NCBI RefSeq assembly: GCF_000372725.1
Contig: NW_005201392.1
Location: 1,059,184 to 1,123,183, forward strand
Direction of reading: 5' to 3'
DNA: 64,000 bases
DNA from: Emiliania huxleyi CCMP1516
Lineage: Eukaryota
In this document: positions 11,751 through 23,012 of the stretch, one piece after another
Numbering within the stretch: position 1 is the stretch's first letter
Layout: each line of letters starts with the position of its first letter
The notes under the pieces: model-generated
What the model was told of the DNA's origin: nothing
Database searches by the model: none
Seen by the model: the letters and a program-made list of their open reading frames with translations, nothing else
Program-made: the position numbers and the translations under genes

Positions 11751-12974
11751 AACGAGAACACAACACACTCTCTCGCATTACTAGTACAAGGGACACTCTG
11801 TCATGTCATGTCGGGAAGGACAAGACAGATCCACCGAGCATGGACAGCCTCAGAACCCGAACCCGAGCCGGCGCTGCCGATCACTCCCCCAGGCGATCAT
11901 CCGGCAGGCAGCGCTTGCCCTCCGCCACCCCGCCCCCCAACACGCCGTCCCCTTCCACACCACCACCGCCCGGAACTCCTGGGCCACCAGCCGCCTCGCT
12001 TCCGCGACACGGGATGGCAGGCACGACTCGGCAACCGCGAGCCGCTCACTCCCCCAGTCCCATTCCAGCATCTTCCCCGCCTCCTCCACCGGGCGGATCC
12101 GCTCCCGCGCCGCCTCTCGCACCACCTCGCGGTCGCGATCGCTCTTGCACATTTCGAAGGAGCACACCGGAGCCACTCTCGGAGCGCAAAGTCCTCCTGG
12201 TCGGCGTCGGGTCCCGCACCACGCGCCGGCGGGTTCACCCACGGCCGGGACGGGTCCCGCAGCCACCGGGCGCGCCTCCACCACCCGCCGGTCGTCGCCA
12301 TTCTTCATCGCGAGCTCCTGCGCCCGCAAGCGCGCCTGCACGCGCTTTGTGCCGGGCTGGAAGTTCTTCTCAATCCAGCGCATACACCACCTCGCACCAC
12401 ACCCCGTCGACGAGGTCCACCTCCTTCGGCTCCTCGCCGGCGACCCAGAGGCCCTAAGGCCCTTGCTGACGGGAACCCAGCCGCCCCAGCTGCCGTCGGG
12501 CATGTATCCCGTCGCGTAGCCCCCGAGAGATGGCTCGGGCCGCAGCCAATATGCCCGCCCCATCGCACGCTCGCATGCAGCCGTAGTGCCCGCCCACTCG
12601 AGCGGACGCGAGTCCACGGGCTCCACGGGCTCCGCGGGCCGCACAGCCTTCTTGCGCTGCGATCGAGACAGGCCGCCCCGCCGGGCTGACAGCGCGCGGC
12701 AGGAGCTGCCTCCCCGGGCTGTCGGAGAGGTGAGCGCCGGCGGAATGCAGCGGCGCCGCCGCGGCGCCAGTAGGCGTAGACGGTGAAGAGGAAAACCAAA
12801 AGACGTCAGACGAGGCTGAGGGTAGGTCTGCAGAGCCCGAAGACTCGCATCGATCCCAGATCGAGGGTTGGCACGAGTTAATCACCCCTGAAGTGGAGCA
12901 GTGAGCGGTGGCCTGCTGAGCCGGGTGGAGGCGGTCGCCTGCCAAGTGGTCAGGAAGGGAAAGGGGCACACTCA

Positions 12975-13125
12975 TCAACGTAGACGGCGATGCCTGGGTT
13001 GATCGGTATGCGGAAATACCTCACGGCAGGTGACCTTTGCCGCTGCCTCGTCTAGCGCCGCCGCGCCCTCCTCATCGTCGTCGTCCATCGCCGCCTGCCA
13101 CATCTGCTGGCGCCACGTCAAAGTC

Positions 13126-13168
<43 letters not shown>

Positions 13169-13850
13169 TTCTCCACCCCACCAACTCCTCCTCCGGCTCA
13201 CCCGCCGCAGCGGTCGAGCCGCCCACAGCCGCGCCAAGGGTGCCCGAAGGGTGCCCCGAAGGTGCCGGAGGGGTGCCCTGTGGTAGCCCAGGTGCCTGAA
13301 GGGTACCGAGGGAGTGCCCCGACCCTGCTCCAGGCACCTTGCCAAGGCCCTCCGACGCCTCGTCCACGGGCGACTCGTAGCCGCCTGCGCCTCCGCCCCC
13401 GCCCACGTCGGCGGCCGCCTCGCCCTGCGCCGCCTCGCCGCCCAGCGTGGCGGCAGCGAGAGCTGAGGAGGTGGTGAGGGCATTCTGCGTGCATCGGCGC
13501 AGCCCGGCGGCGTAGCTTGTGGCCACCTCGAACGAGTCGTCGATGCCGAGGTGAGCGAGAGCGCGCGCTGCGACGCATTCCTCGAGGAGGAGACATCGTC
13601 GACGGACCAGTCGCCGGAGGGCGCCGTCGGGCGCGACGGCCGCGACAGGCGCGCGCCCAGGCGGACGCCCAGTGGCCAGGCGCGTCCCGGCCTCCGCCGC
13701 CACCACCGCCGCGGCGGGGGCAGTAGCCGAGCTGTGCATCTTAAGTTCGGCCAGGAGGAAAAAGAAATAGCCGGTTTTTCTTCTGGCTCTGACCTGCTCG
13801 ATTGGCCAAGAATGCTGGCTCGACACGCTCGCAGCGTGCTGGCTCGCCAC
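12975..13850 (-). CDS. Hypothetical low-complexity protein
   Basis: 291-aa ORF with poly-Ser (CTG repeat) and acidic patch; no recognised domain. Confidence 0.3.
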
Positions 13851-13934
13851 CGAAATGACGGTTCTGCGCCGGCGAGCATCTCGCGCCTCCGCCTCCGCGA
13901 GATTGACGGCCGCGTCCGACGATCACGCTGAAGC

Positions 13935-15287
13935 GTGCACCGGACGAAGCAAAGCAGCCCATCGTGCTTGGCTCGAAGCGCTACGCGGGAGCTTCCTACA
14001 AATGCGATCCGGCCGGCAACAACAAGATCGTGGCCACGTCGCACGAGATCGACCACCCCGACATCCGGCCCGCACTGCGTCATCGCCTGGCGCAACGGGC
14101 AGCCCACAGTGCACGTCTTGAAGCTCCCACCCGAGGCGCGACCACCCCAGGTGTATGTCTCTGACAGCTTCTGGGGCGACGGGAGCTGGGTGTACGTCTC
14201 TGACAGCCAGCGCCTCTCGATTGGTGCCGTCCTCTCCTTCTCTGCCGGGTGCGGCCCACCGTCCTTCCTGGTAGAGGGTGCCGTCCCGCTCCTCGAGGCG
14301 GCGGACGGCTCGCCCCCAACCTTCCGTCTCCTCGAGCTCGACAGCTCGCTCCTGCTCGCTGCCGTGCTCCCGTCTCTGTCGCTAGGCGACCTCGCCACCC
14401 TCGCTCTCACAAATGCGGAGTGTGCCGATTTGGTCGCGGAGTACCTGCCGCTTCCTCAGCGGAGTACCTGCCGCTTCCTCAAAACATGGCCGGAGCTCCT
14501 GCGGGCGATGAAGCTCGTTTCCGCGCACGTCGATGTCAGTGAGGATGCGCTGTGGTGCCTTGCCACCGGGCGTGCGCGTCCCTACTACGGGCGCATGCAG
14601 CCCCTGCGTGACGGACTACCGATCAGAGACGAGGTCGAGTGCCGTGTGGCGAACGCGGTGTGCCTTCTCATTCCGCGGGCGGAGGCCACTGGGCTGTGGC
14701 AGATCCTCACGGCACTCGCGCCGCGCATGACGCCTACGTCCCTCGTTCGCCTCCTCGAGTCAATGCGGCTTGCTCTCGGAGCAACCTGGCCCAAGGGTCC
14801 ATTTTCACTGCCTACGCGCCACGACTACGACCACGATGCGCGATGGAACAGCCTGCCTCGGCTCGACGCCAGTGCCATCGGCGCAGCTCTCCCGCGCTGC
14901 CGGGCCGCGTGGACCCCAGAGCTGCTTGTGCGCTTCAGCTTGGCTGTCGGCGCCTCTGGCGCGATGGTGAGAGAGTACGTCTACCAGGCAACGGCGGACG
15001 ACGAGATTGCCTCCGGCGCGCTCCTCGCACAAGTCGAAACGCTGGGGCTGGCGGCAATGGAAGACGTCGACGAGCAGGCGGCCTACTTGGTTGGTCTGAA
15101 CGAGAGCGAGGATGGCATCTTCGAGGATGTCACGCAGGCGCTGATGTTTCGTGTGACGAACGGTTCGCCGCTCAGCCTGTCACTCGTTGGCGCGATCACG
15201 GTACGCGACATCACTGCGGCCTCTCACGCTCCACTCGGCTACGCTTCTGCCATCTCACTCGGTCTCACGCGTCTGCTCGTAACGTAG
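13935..15287 (+). CDS. F-box-like protein (start uncertain)
   Basis: 450-aa ORF; LLELDSSLLLAAVLPSLSLGDLATLALTNAECADLV resembles F-box consensus (LLxLPxELLxxIxxxLxxxDLxxxxxVC). Confidence 0.55.
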   Translation: MHRTKQSSPSCLARSATRELPTNAIRPATTRSWPRRTRSTTPTSGPHCVIAWRNGQPTVHVLKLPPEARPPQVYVSDSFWGDGSWVYVSDSQRLSIGAVLSFSAGCGPPSFLVEGAVPLLEAADGSPPTFRLLELDSSLLLAAVLPSLSLGDLATLALTNAECADLVAEYLPLPQRSTCRFLKTWPELLRAMKLVSAHVDVSEDALWCLATGRARPYYGRMQPLRDGLPIRDEVECRVANAVCLLIPRAEATGLWQILTALAPRMTPTSLVRLLESMRLALGATWPKGPFSLPTRHDYDHDARWNSLPRLDASAIGAALPRCRAAWTPELLVRFSLAVGASGAMVREYVYQATADDEIASGALLAQVETLGLAAMEDVDEQAAYLVGLNESEDGIFEDVTQALMFRVTNGSPLSLSLVGAITVRDITAASHAPLGYASAISLGLTRLLVT

Positions 15288-16093
15288 GAGAAGCTCGCCA
15301 GTGAGTCAGAGCGCGCGGTCTTTTACGAGCGCGAGGCTTTTCACGATGTCGACCCTGAACGGTTTGACGACTACTACGAGCAGCCCTCGATCTTTCTTCA
15401 CGAGTGGTCGCGCCACTTCGTTTTCCCCCTCTCCTTCCCCCTCGAGGACGTGGAGGCGCTCGTGAGCATGATCAATGAGTGCGGTGAGAGCGTGTCGAAG
15501 CACCTTGGGCGCCTTGCCTTCGGCTGGATTCGGACTCTCCACGACGCGGCCCGAGGTGCGGATGTTACCCCGCAAGACGCGCGCGCGCTCGACGACAAGG
15601 CGCACGCGATCAGCCAGTTCCGCTGGTGAGAGAAGAGGGGGGGGGCGCAGAGCGGCGACAGCCGTGATCGGATCGAGTTGAAGTTTTCATGTGTGTGCTC
15701 TGGTGCGGTGGTGGAGTCATGTTGACGTGCATGGGCCTGCATGCATCGTGGCATGCGTGGGTGGGCCGTGGGCAGCGCGCTTTGAGGCGTAAATCTATAC
15801 AGCAACGCCGGTTTGCTTCGCCTTCGTTTTTTCGAGCTGTTTTCTTAAGCCGATAGCTCCACGTGCCGGGCTGTGAAGCGTGATATATCTGATATATGAG
15901 ACAGATATTTGCGAGAAAGAAGAAAGAACACAGACACGGGCGGCCCCGCGCGGGGCCGCAACAACAACACTTGCACATGTCCATGTGCATGTGGGTGGTC
16001 CTGCCGGTCCACCGTGCCGCACCGAGCAACCGCCAACCCCGACGCCCCCCCCCCCCCCGACCCCGTCCGCGTTATAAGCGGTTAACTGTGTCC

Positions 16094-16551
16094 CATAGTT
16101 TGAGGGTATCCTAAAAGTTCGGCCGATTTGGGCCAAAACGCTAAAAGCACGGCGCGCCGTAGATTTGGGGCAAAACGACAAAAGTGGGCCCGCCCGGGGC
16201 AAAATGGTAAAAAGTCGCGCGCCGCAGCAGGCGCGCGAAAATTTTGGACATTCTACTCTCCGGCGGCGCCCGCGGCGCAATCCAAATGTTTGGACACACA
16301 CCGGCGGGCGCTTTCGAGGCGAGCGGCAGCATTTTTCTAGCCATAGTGTGCGGGAACTTCTTTGCCGTTTGCGGGACGACAGCTAGTACTTACTGCACGA
16401 CCCGGGGCGCGCAGCGCCGAAGAATTTTTTTGAAAAATGCTAACAGTTGGGCGCTCCGAGACGACCAAAGTGGTAAAAGTCGCACTCTCCCCTGACCCGA
16501 TCAAAAGCGTAAAAGCACCCGAGGCTCCAGAAACCTAACCCTCAGACTATG
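16094..16551. mobile_element. hAT-like MITE / non-autonomous DNA transposon, 458 bp
   Basis: TIRs CATAGTTTGAGGGT / ACCCTCAGACTATG (1 mismatch in 14); identical 8-bp TSD CTGTGTCC at 16086-16093 and 16552-16559; no ORF of note. Confidence 0.9.
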
Positions 16552-16875
16552 CTGTGTCCATGACGTTGTCTCACATGTCAGTCTCAAAATGCACAAATTA
16601 CCACACACGGGGTCACCCGCGGCCGCGCCCCGCGGTAGCGCGCCGCGGGGCCGCGCGCCCACCCCGGCGGCACAGGCACAGCCCACATGTGCCGCGCGCG
16701 CCCAGTAATTCACAAAAAGCACTTTCTTTGCGTCACCGGACTAATACTGTAGTTACTTGTCGGGCGGAGGGCGGTCTGGGATGGGAGGTGCGAAACGGTG
16801 GGGCCCTCCGAGATCGACTCCGAGCCGTGCCTCGACGCAAAGACTGGCTGCTCCGACGTGCTCCGCTCCGGCGGG

Positions 16876-18549
16876 TCACTCCTTCAGGCTCGCCTTGAGC
16901 GTCTTCATGAAGTCGGCGACGGCCTCGCTTTGGGCGGCCGCCGCCCTCGGCTCCTCCTTTCCAGCGCCCGCAGCCTCCCCGCGCGCCTCCGCCTTGGTCT
17001 GCGGCTTTGCGGCCTCCGGCGCAGCCTCCGGCGCCGCCTTCGGAGCCGCCTCGCGCGAAAACGCCTCCTTGGCCACCTCGGCCGCCTTGAGCGTGAGCGA
17101 GCCACGCGAGCCGGCGGCGTCTTCCGCACTCCGCTCTGCCGCCACGGGCGGGGCCGCCACGGGCGGGGCCGCCACCGGCGTCAGGCCGGGCAAAACGCTG
17201 GCGCCGAGGACTGCCGCCGCGAGAGCCGCTGCCGCGCCTCCGATGGTGCGGAGGCCCTGCTCCCTCTTCGCCTGCGTCAGATGGCGCCGAGGGGTGGCCG
17301 AGGGGTGGCCGAGGCGCCGGCGAGGCGTGCGTGGCCGAGAGGTGGAGCAGGCGTGTCTCGGTGCGGAGCAGTAGTGCTTGGATTTCGGTCTCGCGACTTC
17401 GCGTACTGGCCGCCTGCGCCGGGTCGAGGTAGGAGCCGAGCGCCTCCGCCGACGTCTTGGAGAGACGGTCCAACCCCGGGTCCACCTGCGGGCAACGGGT
17501 GTCGTGGACGTGCCGTGGACGTGTCGCGAATCTCGGCGAATCTCGGCGAATCTCGCCTCGAGGAAGGTGACGGTCGACTCCTCACTCACGAGGGCGAATC
17601 GCTGCGACCGCGCACCCAGCCCGCTGCCCATGTCGCCGGACAGGCCCAGCGCGCCAACGAGGGCGCCGTCCGGGTCGGAGACCATGGTGATGTTTGGGCT
17701 GTCGACGCCCGCCGCCGCCGCCACCGCCTCGGCCCAGCCCGCATTCACGAAACGGTCGTTTGTGGTGACGACGGCGACGTTGGAGACTCCGAGGCGGGCG
17801 AAGCGGCCGGCGGCCTTCATCAGGCCGGGCAGGTGCTTGTCGTTGCAGGTGGGCGTGAAGGCGCCGGGCATGCCGACCAGGACGGACGTGCCGCTCCCCA
17901 GCAGCGCGCCGAGCGTCGTGGTGGGCGGGATGGTTTGCCGCCCTTTCGACCGCACCGCAATTTCGACCGTCAGATCGGGCGGCAGCTGAGAGCCAACGCG
18001 GATGGCGGCGGGCAGTGCGTCTGCTGCTGCTGCTGCGGGAGCGGGAGCGGCTGCGGGCCTCACCGCCCGGCTGGCCGGCTTGGAGGCCGCATTCTTCGGC
18101 TTGGCGGGAGGCTTGGCCGCCCGCCCCGCCTTTGCAGCCGCCTTCTTCGAGGCTGGAGGCTCTGCGGCCTCTGCCGCCTCGACCTCTGCCGCCTCGACCA
18201 CTTCCTCCTCGCGCACCTCCGGTCCGGGGTCGGGCGCCTTGGGCTCCGTGTCGGGTGTGTCAAACCAGTTGGCTGCCGAGTAGGATGGGTACGACGGCGG
18301 AAGTGGCGACGGAGACGGGGCAGGTGCTTTTGCCTCCTCGGTAGGCTCGCCCGCCGGCTTCTCCACAAGTGCTTGAGCAGCCTCCGGTTTCGCGGCGACG
18401 GGCGCCTTTGCTACGACAGCCGATCGGACCGCATGGCGAGGCGCGGCGCATGGCGAGGCGCATGGCGAGGCGCATGGCGGCAGCAGCCGGAGAGCGTTTG
18501 CTGGATCACTGAAGAGCAGGAGGAGCAGAGCCGAATGCAGAGCCGACAT
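16876..18549 (-). CDS. Type-II (Prx5-like) peroxiredoxin/redoxin with signal + transit-like N-terminus; spliced
   Basis: VGMPGAFTPTCNDKHLPG, TTNDRFVNAGW, SDPDGALVGALGL, LGARSQRFAL motifs; N-terminus MSALHSALLLLLFSDPANALRL suggests bipartite plastid targeting; C-terminal hydrophobic segment. Confidence 0.9.
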   Translation of the reverse strand: MSALHSALLLLLFSDPANALRLLPPCASPCASPCAAPRHAVRSAVVAKAPVAAKPEAAQALVEKPAGEPTEEAKAPAPSPSPLPPSYPSYSAANWFDTPDTEPKAPDPGPEVREEEVVEAAEVEAAEAAEPPASKKAAAKAGRAAKPPAKPKNAASKPASRAVRPAAAPAPAAAAADALPAAIRVGSQLPPDLTVEIAVRSKGRQTIPPTTTLGALLGSGTSVLVGMPGAFTPTCNDKHLPGLMKAAGRFARLGVSNVAVVTTNDRFVNAGWAEAVAAAAGVDSPNITMVSDPDGALVGALGLSGDMGSGLGARSQRFALVSEESTVTFLEARFAEIRRDSRHVHGTSTTPVARRWTRGWTVSPRRRRRRSAPTSTRRRRPVREVARPKSKHYCSAPRHACSTSRPRTPRRRLGHPSATPRRHLTQAKREQGLRTIGGAAAALAAAVLGASVLPGLTPVAAPPVAAPPVAAERSAEDAAGSRGSLTLKAAEVAKEAFSREAAPKAAPEAAPEAAKPQTKAEARGEAAGAGKEEPRAAAAQSEAVADFMKTLKASLKE

Positions 18550-18837
18550 GCTGCAGAGCCGAGATGGGCTGCAGATCGGGTCGTCACGCTTCGAAGGACG
18601 CGTGGTGCACAGGCAGCTGGGAATAGCGCCGGGGAGGAAAAGGGGTCGGACACATTGCATGCTAAAGAGCTAGAAGGGGAGATAGAGAGAAATACCACCC
18701 TGTCCCTTGTACACCAACAAAGAGTCTCGTGATTTCTTGTTGGTTTTCTAAAATATCTCGGCGGGGGTGGGCGGGTGCACGGAGCTAAGTGCCTCGCCAC
18801 CCTCGCAGGAGTCGCTTAGGCGGCTCCCGTGGTGTAC

Positions 18838-19735
18838 CTGTGTTAGTGCCAGTGCGCGCCAGTCCCGTGCCCAGTGTTGTGCGAGGGAGTTTTGTTGTAA
18901 AATTCTAAAATATCTCTCCAACAAACACCAACCACAAAGAAAGGCTCTATCTCTAAATTATTCTATCTCTCTCCTGCTCCTCACTCAGGGGGGTCACAAC
19001 TACCGAGTCCCTAGAGTCTGGCTGCTAGAGGGCCCAACTTGAGAACCGTGCTTTTTGGGTGAGGTTGTTTCGTGTGAGGTTGGGTTGTTTGTGTGAGTGA
19101 GGTTGTTCCGAGTTAGGTTAGGTCGTCGGCGCAAAGGGTGAGGTCTCGACCGCCGCCGCTCACGCCAGCGGACGGCCACTGCCCGGTGTTTTGGCTTCGC
19201 CACCGTCCAAAAAGCGTGCGCCATGCGCTGCCTCGCCGACATCGAGCGTCCGAGCAAGCCTGTCCGACGAGCGGCTTGCTGTGCGGACGCCCCTGGGGAG
19301 TCGACGGGTCCCCCGGGGCGACGGGGGTGCTCTTGGGGGGGGTCCCCCCAGACAAGGGGGTCTGGGGTGCAGCCCCAGGAAGCCCGCCGCAGGCGCCGAT
19401 TTTGAGTGTTAGAGTTGTTTGGTATTGCTAAAAATCTCTCCGATTTTTTGGGGCTTTTTTGACTGATTTTCATGAGGTGTTGCTACTATTTTGGGACCAG
19501 TTGAAGCCTAAAAATGGCTACAAATACAGCCACAGCAGCTGCTAGTCGTGAGCTGCTACTGTGTGGCAGACAGAGCCCAGAGAGAGGGCTTTCAGGAGCA
19601 CTAGATCGATCTAGTCGGTTCACGGTTCACGGTTCACGGTTCATGATTCTGGCGTGAACTGAGAGGCCTGCTCCAGACAAGAAATTCTTTTTCTCTCAAC
19701 AACACTAGGCACGAACTTGCGCGCACTAACGGTGC
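18838..19735. repeat. Cluster of dispersed repeat modules in intergenic DNA
   Basis: gcgccagtcccgtgcccagtgttgtgcgagggagtt (also 54589-54700); tgagtgttagagttgtttggtattg (also ~29250); GGTTCAC repeats (reverse complement at ~28845). Confidence 0.75.
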
Positions 19736-21057
19736 GAAAAAGAAATCAAATCGCGTCACCCCGCGGCCGTCACTCCCCCCCAGCCAAACCCACCCAGGAT
19801 TAGCGTTCTCGGCTCACCTACGCTTCCACGTGAAAACAGCCTAAGCCCCTCCTGCTCGCCACCGTGATGCCGCGGCCTCGGTCCGGCTCGCCAGCGCCGT
19901 CGTCCGGGCCCACGGCCGGCACGCCGTCATATTTTCTCGTCGATTCCGCGCGCTCGGCGACCACCGCGGCGCCTCCGAAAGCGCCGTTTCGACACGCTGC
20001 AGCCGCGGGCCGCGGCACCTCAACTCAGCGCTTCTCGCGCCGCGTCAGAGGTGCTCCGATCGTGCACGCGGGTCGGTTCGGCACGTTGCGTGCGGGTTAT
20101 TCCTGTATTCGCACTCGCTGCGCCTCGTATCTGCCTTCGACGGCCCGATTCCTCGTAGCCTGCGGTAAGCCTGCGGCCCCACCTGCGCCGCTGCGTGACT
20201 CTCTCGCGGCCCACCGCCCACCCGCACGCCGTTCGCCCCCCGCACAGTCGCTTGCTGGAGCCTCGCCGCACGGGCGGTCCTGCGTCTCGGCCACCTCGAC
20301 TCACCGCGAGCCCGCTCCGCACCTCCCGCGCGCGTGTCTGCCGGCACGGCGTGGCGGGCAAGGCTGCGCTGCGACCGGTGATTTGTCGCGCGGGCAGCGC
20401 GTCCTTGGCACACGCACCCCGGCCCTCCGCAGCCCGCGCTCGCACGCCGGACGCTTGGTTCTCTCCCGTCTTCCCGGCGCCGACGACCGTCTGCTCGCGA
20501 AAGATCCAGGCACACGCGTCGATCGCCCGACTCTGCTCGCTCACGCGTCTGACGCCCGCTCTGCCGCCTGCTCACTCCGGAGAGGCGAGCGCCGCCCTCT
20601 CCGCTCTCCGCAGGGCGGTGCCGCCCCCATCAACCAAGCTCCGCCGACCTAGCAGACACGCGTGTGAGCTTGCCTGTGTGTCCACTGGTGCAGCAGTGCT
20701 GACGAGCAGCCTGCAGGTCTCGGGTGAGTCTCAGTTGCAGAACATTGAATCGTGTGGCAGCCGAGTTGGCTGAGTGAAGAGTGTCTAGTCTGAGAGAGAT
20801 TTATGAGAGTCGTGATTTCTTTCACTAGTCTGTGTCACTCCAATATGACCATCTCTCTCTCTCTCCGTCTACGAGTATCGAGCTTTGTTGTGTTAATGTG
20901 TTTTGGGAATGTCTCGGACAACCGGTAAAAAGAAAAGACAAAGCCGGCGCCGCGACAAGAGTCGAGACAAGCTCGCATAGAGAGCCCGCCTGCTTGTGCT
21001 TCGCCGTCGCCTCCTCCGTGATCGGCGTCAATCGTCGCCTTTGTGCCGCACTAGAGA

Positions 21058-22901
21058 TGAGCGAGGCTGCAGAGCGATCGTCGGCGGACGACGAAAACAC
21101 TGACCTCTCCGCTCCGCCGCCGGTGCTGAGGCTGGATATCGGAGGCGGCACCGTGGAGCTCCGTGTGCACAATGTGGGCGTGCAGTCGCCGCCTTTCGAG
21201 ATCGTCCCTGACGGCTCTTCCTTCCGCATGAACGGCACGCAGTATGTGCGCGCACAGGAAGGCAGTGTTCAGCACTTGGCGGCTCGGGAGGTAATCTCGC
21301 TGAGCGCGGTTGCGTCTCTGGTGTTCAATGCACCAAAGGGGAGCTTCTCCACTACCACTGAGCTCCTCTTGCCAAACATCGGGCGCAAGGCCTTCAACAA
21401 TGGCTGCAGTGGGCAGATGCAGTACTTTGCCTTGGTCGAGTACCCTGTGGGCCACGTGCAGCTGCAGCCGGTCGTGACTCTCGAGCAGCTCACCCTCGTC
21501 CTGCTGCACCCGCCGAGCAAGAGCAAGTTCGCAGGCAAAGCCGGGGGCGGCCTCAGCGCTTCGGGTGTGTCGCTGCTGGAGTCGCTGTTCACGAGCGGCA
21601 GCCTGAAGCTCTCTCTGGGCGGCGCAGCCGGCGGGGCGGCCGACGATGGCGGCTTGGCGGGGCTCGAGGCCGGCGAGGCATGGGACTGCATTGAGGCGTA
21701 TGTCGACTCGCTGACCGGCGACACGCGCGGTACGATGCTCGCCAAGATGCGCGACTTCCTCGCGAGCGGCGCGGGCGGCTTCTCCGGCGGCTACTTGACG
21801 GCGTCGCTGCCGGAGCGCAAGCGGCGGCTCGCTGCCGTCTGGGATGCGATCCGGTCCGCTTGTGCGCCGGGGCAGACGCAGGAGCTCGAGTCGCTGTCGG
21901 ACTCGCTCGGCCAGGTTAACTCGTCGTACGCCGACGCCGCCGACCCGTCCGCGCACCTCGTCAGCGACGACGTCATCGAGGGCTGCGTCGGATTGCTCGT
22001 CTACCACTCGCAGGTGGCGGCGGCCGTCCTGCGGCACCCCACCATGGCGTCGAAGCTCCGCGAGTCGCGCGCCGAGGCCCTCGCCCCGCTGCTGGCAGCG
22101 GCGCGCCGACAGGTGCGGCGTGCCCTCGCACCTCCCTCCCGCGCCCCGCCACTCTCTCTCGGGTCGGCCTCTCCTCTCGCTACGGTCACTCTGCAGCGAC
22201 TACTCTCGACTCTCCCCTGGCCCTCGGCGTCCCCGCCCTCCCGGCGCCTCGACGCTCCGCGCTCACCTCCGCCCACCCCACCCCCTCACGCGCAGCCCAC
22301 CCTGATCCTCAAGCTCCTCTTCAACCTCTCTGACCGGTCCATTCAGTCCCTCATCCCCGTCATCCTCGCGCCGATTGTGGACGCGCTCGACCTGCGCGGT
22401 GAGCGGCTCCTCTCCACGCCGGAGGAGGTCCGCGAGGCGATGAGAGAGGCGAAGAAGGAGCTGGGAGTGCACGAGCCCGTCTACGGCGAGGGCGGCGCGG
22501 TGTGCGTGTGCGTCGACGGCCGCAAGGCGTTCGAGCGCCTGATGGGCACCGACGACGAGCCGTCCCAGTACCGCAGGCTCTGCACGCCGTCCCTAGCCAA
22601 GTCGGCAGCTGCGCCTCCGCCGGCCGCTCTGCCTCTTGCGGACGCGCCGCTGCCCGCCGCGGCAGCACCACAGGTGTGGCGCTGTACGTATGAAGGCTGC
22701 AAATACAAGTCGACGAAGCTCATCAAAACCGGGCTGATGTTTGCGCACGGCCCAACGTCCCAGCGGTGCCCTGGCTCGAACAACCCGCAGTACCGCCCCA
22801 GCGCCTTGGCGGTGGTCTCGGCGGTCGTTGTTGGCGACGCCGCCGCTGGTGGCGGCCAGGTCACGCGCGGGGAAGTGGTGGTGGCCGCCACCGGTTCGTA
22901 G
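21058..22901 (+). CDS. Hypothetical protein with C-terminal Cys/His zinc-finger-like motif; possibly transposase-derived
   Basis: Long ORF (to 689 aa) with probable in-frame intron ~22113-22296; CTYEGC…HGPTSQRC; LKLLFNLSDRSIQSL…LLSTPEEVREAMREAKKEL. Confidence 0.45.
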
Positions 22902-22929
22902 CGGTGACATGCGTGTGTTTCTTGCCTGT

Positions 22930-23012
22930 GCCATGGTGTGCGTGCGTGCGCGCGCGTGAGTGTGTGTGTTCGTGTGCGTGTGTGCGGCGTGTGTGTGTGT
23001 GGTGTGTGTGCA
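22930..23012. repeat. (GT)n-rich microsatellite
   Basis: Imperfect GT/GC dinucleotide run. Confidence 0.8.

Noticed and set aside
16798..18732. Long Arg/Gly-rich antisense or alternate-frame ORFs (also 8525-9796, 34299-35645, 49367-50683, 44207-45586)
   Set aside because: Shadow ORFs expected at this GC content opposite motif-supported genes
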